A DNA stretch of 64,000 nucleotides, taken from Mobula hypostoma. Lineage: Eukaryota. Shown piece by piece: positions 51,851-64,000 of the stretch. The translations under genes were made by a program, and so were the position numbers. Position 1 is the stretch's first letter; each line of letters opens with the position of its first letter. The notes under the pieces are model-generated. The model saw nothing but the letters and a program-made list of their open reading frames with translations, made no database searches and had not been told where the DNA came from. The stretch lies in the NCBI RefSeq assembly GCF_963921235.1, contig NC_086097.1, positions 50,470,001-50,534,000 of the forward strand. The letters are read 5' to 3'.

Positions 51851-53622
51851 TGTTGCATGGGGATATCTATGGATGGTATGCGTAGGCTTCCTGAGGCATT
51901 AAATGAGGTTACAGATGGAAGATAATTAACCAAGTACACTATTGACTTGGTTAAGCCATCTAAAGTAAATTGTTAATTGTTAATCAAGTGCAAAGCATTC
52001 AGCAAAATTGTTGAAGTAAGGTTATTCTTTGTGTGTAGAAGTCTAAATTGAACAGGAAGGTCTGTTTGGTCCCAGATAGTTGCAATCTTCTTGAGTGTTA
52101 TTGGAACTGTGTTCATCCAGGCAAGTGGAGAGTACAGTATTTCCATCATTTGTCTGATATTTCTTGCAGATGGTAGAAGGGCTTTGCGTCTTAAGAGGAC
52201 AAGTCAGTGTCCTCTGAACTGTCCTTGTAGACATAGTAATTATGTAGCTGTTACAGTTGGGTTTCTGGTCAATGGCAATCCACTTGATTTTGATGATTAT
52301 GAGACTCAATGTCACTGAATAGCAAAGGAAGATAGTTTGACTCTCTCTTGTTGGAGATGGTCATTGCCTGGGACTGTTATATGCATTTACCTGCCTAAAT
52401 GTCTTCAAAGCTTTACTGCAGCCTGACATAGACCAGTTCATTTGTTGAGGATTTGCAAATGGTATTAAATATCATGCAATCAGCAAACATCCCCACTTCT
52501 GACTTGATGCTAGGATGGTCTGGTTCAGAGACTATTAACAAAATCGTACCAAGTATTAACACCTTTACAAAATAAGGGGAAATAATATTGTATAAGATGT
52601 AAATTATTGCTCATCTCTAAAAGTTTTGAACCAAATGCAGGAAACCACAGGGATAAGAATCAAACAGGTCTTAATAACCTTGTAATTTTATACTTGAACA
52701 AATTTATTGGTAGGAAAGGTTTAGAAGCATATGGGCCAAATGTAGGCAAATGGTGCTGGCTCAGAAAGGCACTTTGGTTGGTATTGTCATATTAGGCTGT
52801 TTCAGCATACAAGTTTATGCATTTAAAACTATATGTCTTGAACTCTCTCTATTAAAATCTAACTCCTTGTGGCTTTCTGACCACTGCTCTATGGTTGTAT
52901 TCTACACAATTGTTTCTGTGGGGAACGTGTCTCTTTCTCTTTATGAAGAACTCCAAACTGAAATTACAATCAATGAACTTGCCACAGAATTATCTTCACT
53001 GTCATTATATAAAAAGCAGCCAAAGGAAGAGACACTGACACCGTTGACTACAAGGAAAGCAAGTAGCAATCTGTACTTACCCATCACAGAGATTTATTAA
53101 AATTTGTTACCTTAAGCATATTTGTGTTGGTATGGACAAAAGTAATTGACATTAAAATGTTAATTATTATGAAAATAACTGAAACATCAATATTTAAAAT
53201 GAAATTTCAGAGGCAACTAAAAATTATGAAAACTTGAAGAGGAAATTTGAAGGGTTTCTGAATAATGTTTTCCTGTCTGAGGAAGTATAATTTCACCACA
53301 TGTTCTAACCAAGAATTGTAAAAATGGCAGCTACCAAAGCAAGAGGCAGCCCGCGTGCTTCCTGAAAGAGCAACACATAAACTGAATGGTTGATGCCTCC
53401 TTCCATGTTAATAGCTGTAGCATCCTTAAAAATTAAAACATTATTCCCACAGTACACAATCTGTCTGACTCCTCAAGTAAGTTTTATCATATCACTGGCT
53501 GAACACTACATGATGCTCAGTTCCTGCAATCTTTAATCTACAGCGGTAGCAGCATGTTACAAATTATCACTGGAGTTGCATGCTCATATGAGAACTGTTC
53601 TTTTCCAACCATAGGCTGCCTG

Positions 53623-53907
53623 TGACTCAGACTTGCATATCTGAGTCAGCTGAGCTCAGCAGCTCTCAGCCAAGCCAACAGATGAAATGTTATGCAGTAA
53701 CATTACCCTCTAATTTTGGAGGGGTTGGGGGGAGTGAGTTTTGTCATTATCTGTCACTGATACAGTTTGCATTCTTAAGGAACTTCACAGCAATTAAGCT
53801 GAACTCCATAGAAAACCTTCACTGTAGCCTTATCAAAACTACCTTTTGTTTTAAAAATCTAAACCAAGTTCTGAGTCACTTCCAACACCCAGGTTATTAC
53901 TGAGTCA
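53623..53907. promoter_or_regulatory. Candidate AP-1/Maf-type enhancer
   Basis: Four TGA(C/G)TCA heptamers at 53623, 53642, 53872 and 53901 in apparently repeat-free DNA. Confidence 0.4.
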
Positions 53908-54980
53908 GACCGTTAATGGCATGGCAACTAAGCTCTTAGAATATATTTAGCAACGTACAAAACAAGCACCAGTCCATTTATGTGATTGATGTATACTGAA
54001 GACAGAGACTGCAGACAATAGCAACACACGACCTGCTGGAGGAACTCTGTAGGTCAAACTGCATCTGTGGTGTGGGGGTGTACTGACGCTGGGTTGTGCA
54101 TTTGCTCCACCTATGATAAATGACAATCACTTTCACCCTCTTGCATGGGTGGGATATCCAACAGACCATCTGCTCTTCAAGCCAGGCTGCACCCTCTGAA
54201 AGAGCTTTGGTTACAGGTTGATAACGATATAACATAGGGAGCAAGTCAAATGGCCTCTTGAGCCTGAATAGATACATGGCTGACTTGCCTTTAATCTTTT
54301 CTTTATTGTTTTATCCCCTTTAACCTTTGACCCTAATTATCTTTCTTGGCCTTCAATACATTCAGCACACATTTCTCTAGGGTCAAGAACACCAATGATT
54401 CATCATGTTCTTGAAAAAGAAATTCCTCCTCATCTGACAAAGATGGACAATCATTTACCTAGTTCTAGATCATTCCTGCTAGGGAAAGATTCATATGGCC
54501 TCTACCTTGTCAGTTTCTTCCAGAACTTCAAGTTTTTAAAGATTGCCATGACATTTATGCTCCCCTGATTCTTCACTCTCCATGCTGTCCTTGTCATTGA
54601 GTTTAAGATTTTCACCCCATGCTGGCCGTATATGTCTGGAACAGGAGGCCAATGTGATAAAGTCATATGAAATTTTTAGTTTATATAACTTAAAGTAACA
54701 TCACACAGACGCTTAACTTCCATGGAGGCAACTTAATAAAACAACAAAATGAAGACAACGTGAAAAGCTGTAGTAGAAATACTATTTCTCATTTCCTTCC
54801 CTTAGTTGGATATGATTAGTATCCTAAAGTAACAGCATGAAGTTAGATTTGTGTTGCAGTTTTCCACAACAATTATGCATACATTGCAGGCATCTGACAG
54901 CATTCAATAGCCCCACTTAATGTGATGAACGCTCCTGTAGCTGAAAAGCATTTTGTGGAATCAGTGTTGATATACCACTT

Positions 54981-55250
54981 GGGGTGGCAGGGCAGCGTGG
55001 TGGTTCCCGCAATGCTTCACTGTACTAGCGACCTGGGTTTAATTCCCCTTGCTGCCTACGTTCTCCCAGTGACCGGGTGGGTTTCCTCTGGCTACTCTGG
55101 TTTCTTCCAACAGTCCAAGCGTGTACCAGTTGGTAGGTTAATTGATCAGTGCAAATTGTCCCGTGATTAGGCTAGAATTAAATTGGGGAATTGCTGGGTG
55201 GTGCAGCTTGAAGGGCCAGAGGGGTCTATCTCGTGCTGTATCTCAATAAA
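54981..55250 (+). mobile_element. V-SINE, near full length
   Basis: tRNA-like head ggggtggcagggcagcgtggtgg, ctgggtttaattcc, V-domain gggtttcctctggctactctggtttcttcc and an AATAAA tail. Confidence 0.88.
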
Positions 55251-56123
55251 TTAGATGAATATATAAAAAATTATGTTCCTAACCTCCTAAGTCAACCATG
55301 GTGGGAAGAAATGAAAGGCAATTTCCACAAGCAATAAAGAAATCCTCATTCCTATTAGGTTTCTAGTAGTGGATAAGCAAAGAGAGGAAGCCCTGTGATT
55401 TGCTACTTTGCTGGAATTGGTAGGGGTACCATATACTTTTCTCACATAGAATTGAATAGCCTCCTTTCAGGGAGTCCCCCAGGATTAAGGATGACTTGTT
55501 TTCACACCAGTTTTGTGGGTTGAGAGATGGCCAAGATGGCCTGGTGTGAACCACAGATGAGGCAGGAGCTGCCATACAGAGCAGGTAGTTTGTGAACTGG
55601 TGCTTTTTAAACAGGGTCTCTATGCTCAAAGCCCATCTAGCGATTCTTGATGCAATGTTACATCTCACCTTCAAGAAAGAAAAGCTGCCTTCTTAAGCCA
55701 TATGCTGCATAACAGGAAACTCTCCATTCACTCAGCACACAGATTATTTCCGACCATAGGCAGCAAGTCCTGAAAATGTGCTCCCAGTTTTCCGGCAAAA
55801 GCTGCAAAATATTCTGTTAACCTTAATTAACTTGCTCTGCTGTTCCAACCGGATCATCAGTTGGCAAATTCTAAGGTCTTTCTGTCCATTATTTACTTCC
55901 TAACATTTATTCATTTCCATGTTTTGACCTTTCAAAATGTATTTCACTTGCTACTTTTCCATTTCCATTATCAATGTGGTTACATCTTTCTACAGTATAC
56001 GTATTTCTTCCATATCATCGACTACACAGCCTAGAGAAAGGGCTTTCGGCCTAACTGGCCTATGCTGAATAAGATCATCATCACAGCTAGGTAATTACTG
56101 TTTTTTTGAGAGGATGAATTGCC

Positions 56124-59034
56124 TGTTGTGTCTGTGCTCAACTACATATCAATTAAATAAAAGCACACATGTGGGATATGGCTTTAACTGGTGTATTCAC
56201 ATTACAGCAAGAGAGAGAGAGAGAGAGAAAATGCACGTGCATAGACAACAACGCATGTATAGACAACAGATCAATATGTACTACTAAGGGAAGGGAGATC
56301 ATTGCTCTAAAAGAAATACAAACGTGTAGATCCATACATTACACTTCCTCCTCCGTTAGGTTAATGCTACATAAAACTGTATATGTACAAAACATTATAT
56401 TTCCCTTTCATAAACCCATATCCCAAATAAACATACTTTCACAATATCAGTCCATAACTAACTTCACAGTTCTAAAGGTTCAGTCTTTTGGGTGGCGCTC
56501 TGTTTCTTTCAGGATCATACCTCTGGACCTGTGGGGTGGCATTGGGTTTGTTAGGTGTCTTGTCTAAGATAATGTTCTTGGTTTCCAGTGTTACATTGCT
56601 GTCAGTGACATCATCACAGAGGTAAGTCTGGTCACTGTAATGTGTCCGTCTTGTTCAATGCAGTTGACTTAAGTATGTTCTTCGGTTGAGCATCCAGTAT
56701 CTGGTCCACATGACGTCTCCATGTCAGAGCTCTCAACATCCACTGTGTACATCAGTGGTTCTTGTAGCTATCCTACCAGGTGTCCACTTGTCTTCTTGGT
56801 AATCACACACTATGACTTCTTGTCCAATCTCAAAGTTCCTTGCTGCTTCAGTTGGCAACTGGCTGAACTGTTCATTTTGTACTTCCCTCCAGAGGTCTGG
56901 TTTCAGGAGGTCTATGTGAGATCTCAGATTCCTGCTCATGAACAGCATTGCAGGCGTTTCGATTTGACATCACATGGGCAGAGTTCTGATACTCAAAAAG
57001 GAAGTTGTCCACCTTGTGCTGTAGAGGAATGTCCTCCTTGTCCATCGCCTTAATGGACTTCTCGAATGTTTGGATAAACCTTTCAGCTAACCCATTCATC
57101 GCTGGGTGGTGAGGAGCTGACTTGAAATGTCTGATGCCATTTGTCCTCATGAGCTGTCGGATTTCTTCTGATGTGTATTGTGGCCCGTTGTCACACACAA
57201 TTTGTTCTGGTAAGCTGTTTCTGGTGAGGATAGTCCTCAGAGTGGAGACAGAGATTGTTGACTTCATTGGTATGACCTCTAGCCACTTTCCATAAACATC
57301 CCCAGCAATCAGAAATGTGGAGTTCGTGAATGGCCCGGCAAAGTCAATATGTACACTTTGCCATGGTGAAGACGGCAACTCCCACAGGCATAACTCTGCA
57401 TGTGGGAGTGCATTTTGAATTTTTTGGCATCCCGAACAGCTTTTGGCCAAGTCTTTAATCTGTTTATCTATTCCACACCTTCTCATTAGCATTGAGCAGC
57501 TGTGACAGTCTCTGGTTAGTGCTACAGTTTGGGCTGCAGTTGTCTATTAATGCCACACTAAGAGCATTGATTGAATGCCCATCTACTTGGATTCTTCTCA
57601 ACCATTCACATCTGAAAAATCCTGGCCCTTCACTTTTCAAAACATAAAGCTCTAACTGCTGTGTTTGGCCTCCATATGTCCCATTAACCTTCAGTTTGCC
57701 TTTGGGAGACATTTTTTTGCCTGTGTTGGTCTTTAGCATCACTGAGGTCTTTTCTAATGGTATCTTAGAAAACAGTCAGTTGTAGTCAGCCTCTGAAGTG
57801 ATGGACAAAGTTGACCCACTGTCCAGTTCCATTTTCAGTTTTACACCAGACACATCTATTGTGATCCAGATGATTTTGTCATCTGATTCAGTGATACAAT
57901 GTAATTCTGTGCATTACAGCTCACCATTGTCAGACTCTGTGTTGTCTGTTTCACATTTGGTCAGTTTATGCGTTTGCTTAGTTTTGTGTGTGAAACTCTT
58001 CACTCTGTGTGGTTTTTCTCTTTAGTGGTGCGTTTTGTCTCCCTTGAACATTCTCTCTATGTGACCTCATCTGTGACATTTTCTGCAGACTTTTTCTTTG
58101 AACCAACCATCATTTGCATTATGGGAGTATTTGCCACATCGATAACATTTTTGGCTTTTTGCATTATTCGGGGACATTTTGTGCATTTCACATTCTAACC
58201 TCCTTTTCTGTAGTTCTACTGCATCATTTGCTGCAGTCTTTAATGATATTGCAATAGTCAATGCCCATTCTAAGGTTAGTTCTCTTTCTGCCAGTAGCCT
58301 CTTTTGAGTGCTTTGACTATGCATACCACATATAAACCTGTCCCTTAATGCATCAGAAAGTCCATCTCTAAAGTCACAATACTAGGAAAGTTTGCTCAGT
58401 TCTGTAATGTATTCAGAAAGGCTTTCATCTTCTGACTGGATCCTTTTGTAAAATCTTAAATCTCTTAGTTATTACCATCGGTTCAGGGCTCAAGTGATTT
58501 TGTAAAATTGTAACAATTTCATTGAACGTGTTGCCTGCTGGCTTTTCAGGGGTTACTAGGTTGCATAAGAGACTGCACGTCCTTACACCCATCAAGTTAA
58601 GAAGTGTAGGGGCTTTCTTTTGCTCCTTCATGTTGTTTGCTTTACAATACAGTTCAGCCCTCTCAATATACAACTCGCAGCCTTCATTAGCTATATCAAA
58701 TTTGTCAACTTTCACAACTGAAGCCATTACCACATTATTTTCATTTTAAATTCAGCTCTTCTTTTACTGTTACTATGCACTGTACTCACATGTTTGTTGG
58801 CATCTGTGGCGGCCTTCTTGTGCTGTTTAATTCTCACCGGTTCATTCCGTAACTGTCAGTGCGGTTGGTGATATTCTCTGACATTCAGGTTTGTACACGT
58901 CGCCAATTTGTTGTGTCTGTGCACAACTACATATCAATTAAATAAAAGCATGCATGTGGGGGATGGCTTTAACTGGTTTATTCACATTGCACCGAGAGCT
59001 CATTGCTCTAAAAGAAATAGATCCATACATTACA
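56124..59034 (-). mobile_element. Gypsy (Mag-like) LTR retrotransposon lacking RT/RNase H
   Basis: TG...CA LTRs at 56124-56343 and 58909-59034. 5-bp TSD ttgcc. PBS TGGCGACGTG (58896-58905) and PPT GGAGGAGGAAG (56344-56354). Gag with CYRCGKYSH, protease MELDSGS, and integrase HIDFAGPF..DNGPQY..NGLAERF. Confidence 0.96.
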
Positions 59035-59064
59035 TTGCCCTCATTTAGTTCATACCCCTTTAGA

Positions 59065-59146
59065 CATGGGGTTCCCAACCTTTTTTTATGCCATGGAACA
59101 GTACCATTAACTGAGGGGTCCATGGACCTGAGGTTGAAAATCCCTA
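59065..59146. mobile_element. Tiny hAT/Charlie-type MITE
   Basis: Termini catggggttcccaacc / ggttgaaaatcccta, with flanks ctttaga / ctctaaa. Confidence 0.65.
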
Positions 59147-59329
59147 CTCTAAACCTTTGCTCTTCACATACACGTCCAAGTGCCTTTAAAATATTATTAA
59201 TGTCCCTGCCTCAATTGCTTCCTCTGGTTCTCACTCCATACTGATCAATCTCCAGGTGAAAAAGTTGTGCTCAATTTCAATTAAACCTCTTCCCTCTCAC
59301 GTAGACAAATGCTCACTAGTTCTCGATTC

Positions 59330-60065
59330 CTCAACTTGATTCTTTTTACATTACATGTCAATGATTTGGATGATGGAATTGATGGCTTTGTGGACGATCT
59401 GAAGATAGTTGGAGGGACAAGTAATGTTGAGGAAGCAGGGAGTCCACAGAAGGACATATATTGGGAGAATGGGCCGAGAGGTGGCAGGTGAAATATAGTA
59501 AAAGGGAAGTGCATGGTCATGCACTTTGGCAGAAGGAATAAAGGAATAGATTATTTTCTAAATGAGAAAATTGAAAAATCAGAAATGCAAAGGGATTTGG
59601 AAGTCCTTGTACAGGATTCTTTAAAGATTAACCTGCAGATTGACTTGGTGGTAAGGAAGGCAAATTCATTTCGAGAAGACTAGAACCTAAGAACAATGAT
59701 GCAATGCTGAACCTTTATAAGATTTTATAAGGCTTTGGTCAGACTGCACTTGGAGAATTGTGTACAGTTTTGGGCCCCTTATCTATGAAAAGATGTGCTG
59801 GCATTGGAGAGGGTCCAAAGGTGATCCACAAGATTGTTTCTCAAAATTCAAAGTAAAATTATTATCAGAGTACATACATGTCACCACATACAACCCTGGG
59901 TATGAAGGGATTAATATATAAAGAACACTTGATTCGCCAGGGCATCAAAGGTTATCGGGAGAAATGAAAGGGGTTGAGAGAAACAATAAACCAGCCAAAA
60001 TGGCAGACTCAATGGATCAAATGGACTGATTCTGCTCCTGTGTCTTATGTTTTTATGGTCTAAAA
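59330..60065 (+). mobile_element. Degraded CR1 3' fragment with a small nested tail fragment (about 59840-59900)
   Basis: VNDLDDGIDGFV, gcacttggagaattgt and the tail ctgattctgctcctgtgtcttatg. Confidence 0.85.
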
Positions 60066-60069
60066 AAGA

Positions 60070-60350
60070 TTTGTATTAGCTTTATTTGTCACATACAGTG
60101 AAATGTGTCATTTGCGTCAATCAAATTAGTGAGGATTGTGATGGGCAGCCTGCAAATGTCACCACACTTCTGAGCCAACGTAGCAAGCCCAGAACTCTAA
60201 CCATTCATCCTTGGACTGTGGGAGGACCTGGAGAAAACCACGCAGTCATGGGGAGAGCGTACAAACTTCTTACGGACAGCAGCAAGAATGAAACCCTGCG
60301 ACCGGCACTCTAAAGCGTTTGCACTGACTGCCACATTGCCATGCCACCCC
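60070..60350 (-). mobile_element. V-SINE variant
   Basis: ttggactgtgggagga, gcagtcatggggagagcgtacaaact and the head gccatgccacccc. Confidence 0.8.
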
Positions 60351-60786
60351 AGTTTCCTGCGCATTCACTCTATCTGTGCCCCTCATAATTTTTAAACACA
60401 CATTCTATTGACTACATTTAACCATTTGTGAAAAATTAAAACCCATACTTTATTCTGTCTCCACAGACAGGTTACTCTTTTTGTTCTTTAATTGGCTCCA
60501 CTCTTCATTTCTGTCTTGCCCTTCGCATGTTCTTTTTGTTTCACAACATCCTTTAAGCTTTCCTTGATTTTCCCATGCCCTTTCTTTTTATGTTTCCTCT
60601 GCTTTTACCACTGTATTTTCCATACTCACGTAGGCTTTCAACAATATTTTGCTCTTGCAATGTGATAATAAGTTTTCTTTTATGCTTTATCCTATTCTAT
60701 ATCCATATGCTCCTTAACAGACAGAGGGTTAAAAATTTAGGAACTTCATCTTTTACTTTGTGGGAACCTACTTGTTCTGAACATTA

Positions 60787-60921
60787 ACAACAGGAATTCT
60801 GCAGATGCTGGAAAATCAAGCAACATACATCAAAGTTGCTGGTGAATGCAGCAGGCCAAGCAGCATCTATAGGAAGAGGCGCAGTCGACGTTTCAGGCCG
60901 AGACCCTTCGTCAGGACATTA
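60787..60921 (-). mobile_element. Solo Penelope terminal-repeat insertion
   Basis: Reverse complement of the 30798-type repeat. Perfect 14-bp TSD tgttctgaacatta (60773-60786 and 60922-60935). Confidence 0.93.
60884..60917 (-). ncRNA. Minimal type I hammerhead ribozyme motif
   Basis: Minus strand reads GTC-CTGACGA-AGG(GTCTCGG)CCT-GAAAC-GTC-GAC. Confidence 0.8.
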
Positions 60922-61914
60922 TGTTCTGAACATTATTACTTTTTGAATGCTTTGCTTTGATTTACTTTCTAATTACTATTTTTAATCCACTTTGACTCAC
61001 TCACATCTCAGGGTTGTAACATTAGGGCTTCCTCATTTGAAAACTTTGATCCTGGCCTGTTGCTGTTCTTACACAGTCATGCTAAATCCAAAAAATGAAA
61101 TGATACCCCTTCCATCTGCATCAGTTCATTCACTGAAATTTAGTACACAACCACCACCATTCCTTGGAGCTGATAAAAATAAAGTAATAGCTGACAAACT
61201 GTAAACTTATTTTAAGAATTTAGGCCTTCCAGATCTTTCACAATTTTATCTCATTTTTTATTACAGTAGTTTAAACTCCAGAATTAGTAACCAATTATTT
61301 TAGCATTTCTGAGATAGTTTGGCTGCCAAAGTGCCCTTATATCTCCCTACAACTCCTTTGAGACATACAGCACATGTCCATTAGTTTCTCAGTACATATA
61401 CCTCTGAAGAGTGGAAGACAACAGAATATCTACTGAGGTGACTCAGGCACACTAAGTGTCCATTTACAGGCTGCTGAATCTTAGCACGAGTTGAGACTGC
61501 TTGGCTAAACTGCCAGTCTAGCATCAACTGAGCAATGGGTGTTATTGTGAAGGAGGAATAGCATTAACACCTCAGTGCCTGGTTGATGCCAGAGAGCCAG
61601 GCTTTTTCTCCATCCATGAGAGGAAGTAACTCATTGGAGGAGACAAAGCCATTTTCATGGGTCTTGGATTCTAGGGGAAAAAAACACACTGCAACATTCT
61701 GGGGTCTCTTAATTCCCTAGTTTTTCCTCTTCTTCGGACTCTGCACAGATGTTAGACACAAAGGACAAGGTGGCCAAATCACCTGAGGATCTGGTGTGCA
61801 GTCTTTGCTGTGGTAAAAGTTCTCAAAAAACTATCTATTATTTTGCCATTTTTTTTAATGCAGTGCATTAAAAAATCTTGACTCTGACATACTGTCCAAG
61901 TTTGTGCGCAGCCA

Positions 61915-62135
61915 TGGAGACTCAAGAGACTGTAGATGCTGGAATCTGGAGCAACAAACCATCTGTTGGAGCAACTCGGCCGGTCAAGCATCATCTGTGG
62001 GAGGAAATTAATAGTCAATGTTTCAGGCCAAACCCCCGCATCAGGATCAGGGTTTCAACCCAAAACATCAACAATTCCTTTCCTTTCACAGATGCTGGGT
62101 GATCTGCTGATTTTTTCCAGCAGATTGCTTGTTGT
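61915..62135. mobile_element. Older fold-back Penelope-terminus repeat
   Basis: Imperfect inverted arms centred near 62045-62050. Degenerate core CTGATGC-GGGG...CCT-GAAAC on the minus strand. Confidence 0.75.
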
Positions 62136-62739
62136 GCACAATTATTCCTGGCAAGATGTTCACTCAAAACATTCTAGATTTCCACTCACTTACCTGCATA
62201 TGACATGCCCTTGATGTTGTCGTCTACATTCTGCGACACGACTGGCTTTCCATTCATGAGATGCTTCATGGACCATGGTGAAGCAATATTCAGATTAGAT
62301 TTGGCAAGTGCCAGACAATGAACATGTAGTTTTGAAGAATTTAATCATCCACCTTAAACATTCAATGGGATTACTTTTGCCAGGTCCCTCTACCAGGAAG
62401 TCTCTGACCATAAACTCAGCTGGATCTGCCACATAAGTATCTCCTTGGTTGAACAAGAGACTGCTAATGCTGAAATTTAGAGCAAAAAAAAACAAGCTGC
62501 TGGGTACAGTGCAATGAAATACTCTTCACTGGTCTGGTCAAGCACAGCTAACCATACTCAAAAATCTCAACACTATCAACAAAGCGGGCTGCTTTTTGGT
62601 AACCCAACCACCAATCTAAACATGAATGTGTCGCATGGGAATAAACGGGGAGAACAAATCTGATAGCAATGCTCTGTCAAGAAATGGCATGGACCTGATG
62701 GATGAAAAGACTTCCTCTGTCTCATTGAGTAACAAAGTT

Positions 62740-62978
62740 ATTTACCTTGGCTGCACAAGAGACTATAGCTGATGTAATCTGAAGCAAAAAAAAAAAAATC
62801 CAAGCTGCTGGAAGAGCTTAGCAGCTCAGGCAGCACCTGTGGAAGTAAAGGGATAGTTAATTGTTTGGGTTGAGGCCCTGCATCAGGACTCAACCCAGTT
62901 CTGATGGTCATGATCCAAAACGTCAACTATCCCTCTGACCGCCTGGTCCTCTGAGTCCCTCCAGAAGCTTGTGTTATT
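62740..62978. mobile_element. Older fold-back repeat with two divergent hammerhead-like cores
   Basis: ...gcatcaggact-caacc-cagttctgatgg...caaaacgtcaact. Confidence 0.7.
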
Positions 62979-63434
62979 GATTTATCTTGGCTCTTCTGAC
63001 AGCACCATCTAAACCGATGATCTCCGGCACCCAGAGTAATGCACATGCAAACACTACCAACTACAGGTTCTCCTCCTGACAAGGAAATTTATTGACCTTC
63101 CTAACAGCTGGGACCGGGACCTAGAACTCTCTCCCCAATGCTATTGTGGGAATCCCTTCACCAGAAGGACTGGATTGGGTCAAGGATGGGGAAGACCATC
63201 ATGTTCTTGAGGAGAATCAGGAAATGACAATAAATTCTGTCATTTGCAGTGATGACCACATCATCAGGAACGAAGAAAACCAGATGTCACCATCCTTCAC
63301 CTACCTGTGTAGGTCCCTCCCGCCTTCCCTCACAGCTGCTCTCAGAGAGAATTCATCAGAAACCAGCTCAGGAGTTGTCCTTTCACTCCTTAGAACCTGA
63401 CTGATACGTAGCCTCATGCAAACCAATTGTGATC

Positions 63435-63608
63435 CGGATCTTAACCATCAGGACTGGGTTGAGTCTGGATACAGGATCTCAACCTGAAATGTCAACTGTC
63501 CCTTTACCTCCAAGGATGCTGTCTAACCCACTGAGATCCCCCAGCAGCTTGTTTTTGCTTTTTGCTCCAGATTCCAACATCTGCAGTCATTTGTTCAGCC
63601 AAGGTGAA
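63435..63608. mobile_element. Inverted sister copy of 62740-62925
   Basis: Its reverse complement aligns along its length with 62740-62925. The two spurious ORFs share TIRTGLS.D.G.QP. Confidence 0.8.
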
Positions 63609-64000
63609 GCCAAATCACCTAGCTTTCTTCAATAATCCTCCAAACCATCACTATTGGCCCCTTCAACGAAGATATATAGCTCACTCCAGTTCAGCTTTGG
63701 AAAATGCATTTGTCCCAGTATCCTCAAGCTCATTGTGAGTAAATGCCTTCCCTGATTAACCTAGATGTCATTTTAAGATCAAGTACAATTGTTGTGGATC
63801 CCCCAATCAGAAGAAATAGCTTCTGTCTACGTACTCCATTGTATCACTTTATCTCAGTAGTCCACTTTAACTTCAAAGGAATATAATTGAGCTTTTATAA
63901 TATACCCTGATACTTAGAATCAAATAATTCTTCTTCTAAATCCTAGGAAGTGCACTTGGAGCTTATATAGCAAAGTTATTAAAGTAGCGACTTGCTTAAG

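Noticed and set aside
1..64000. CRISPR arrays, rRNA genes, true tRNA genes, prokaryote-type operons or viral capsid genes
   Set aside because: None seen. The tRNA-like boxes belong to SINE heads, and the short ORFs are TE fragments or antisense artefacts.

Overview
This is AT-rich vertebrate genomic DNA. The repeat families (CR1 LINEs, V-SINEs, Penelope, Rex1/Babar) point to a cartilaginous fish such as a ray, which is inference only. No complete host gene is present. A candidate 40-nt exon (3803-3842) with alternative downstream splice acceptors and a 3'UTR-like tract suggests the 3' end of a + strand gene. The rest is intergenic-like DNA full of retroelements: many CR1 copies, two L1-like insertions with target-site duplications (TSDs), Penelope-like elements, an internally deleted Gypsy element with both LTRs, a solo LTR, Rex1/Babar fragments, SINEs, and small Tc1 and hAT DNA elements. 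The most notable signal is a dispersed family of short Penelope-terminus repeats carrying a minimal type I hammerhead ribozyme (stem I AGUC/GACU, CUGANGA, stem II, GAAA, palindromic ACGU stem III, GUC/GUU cleavage triplet). These occur as solo TSD-flanked insertions and as fold-back copies whose truncation or inversion point repeatedly falls at ribozyme stem I. Family assignments come from motif recognition, not database searches, and boundaries of old repeats are approximate.
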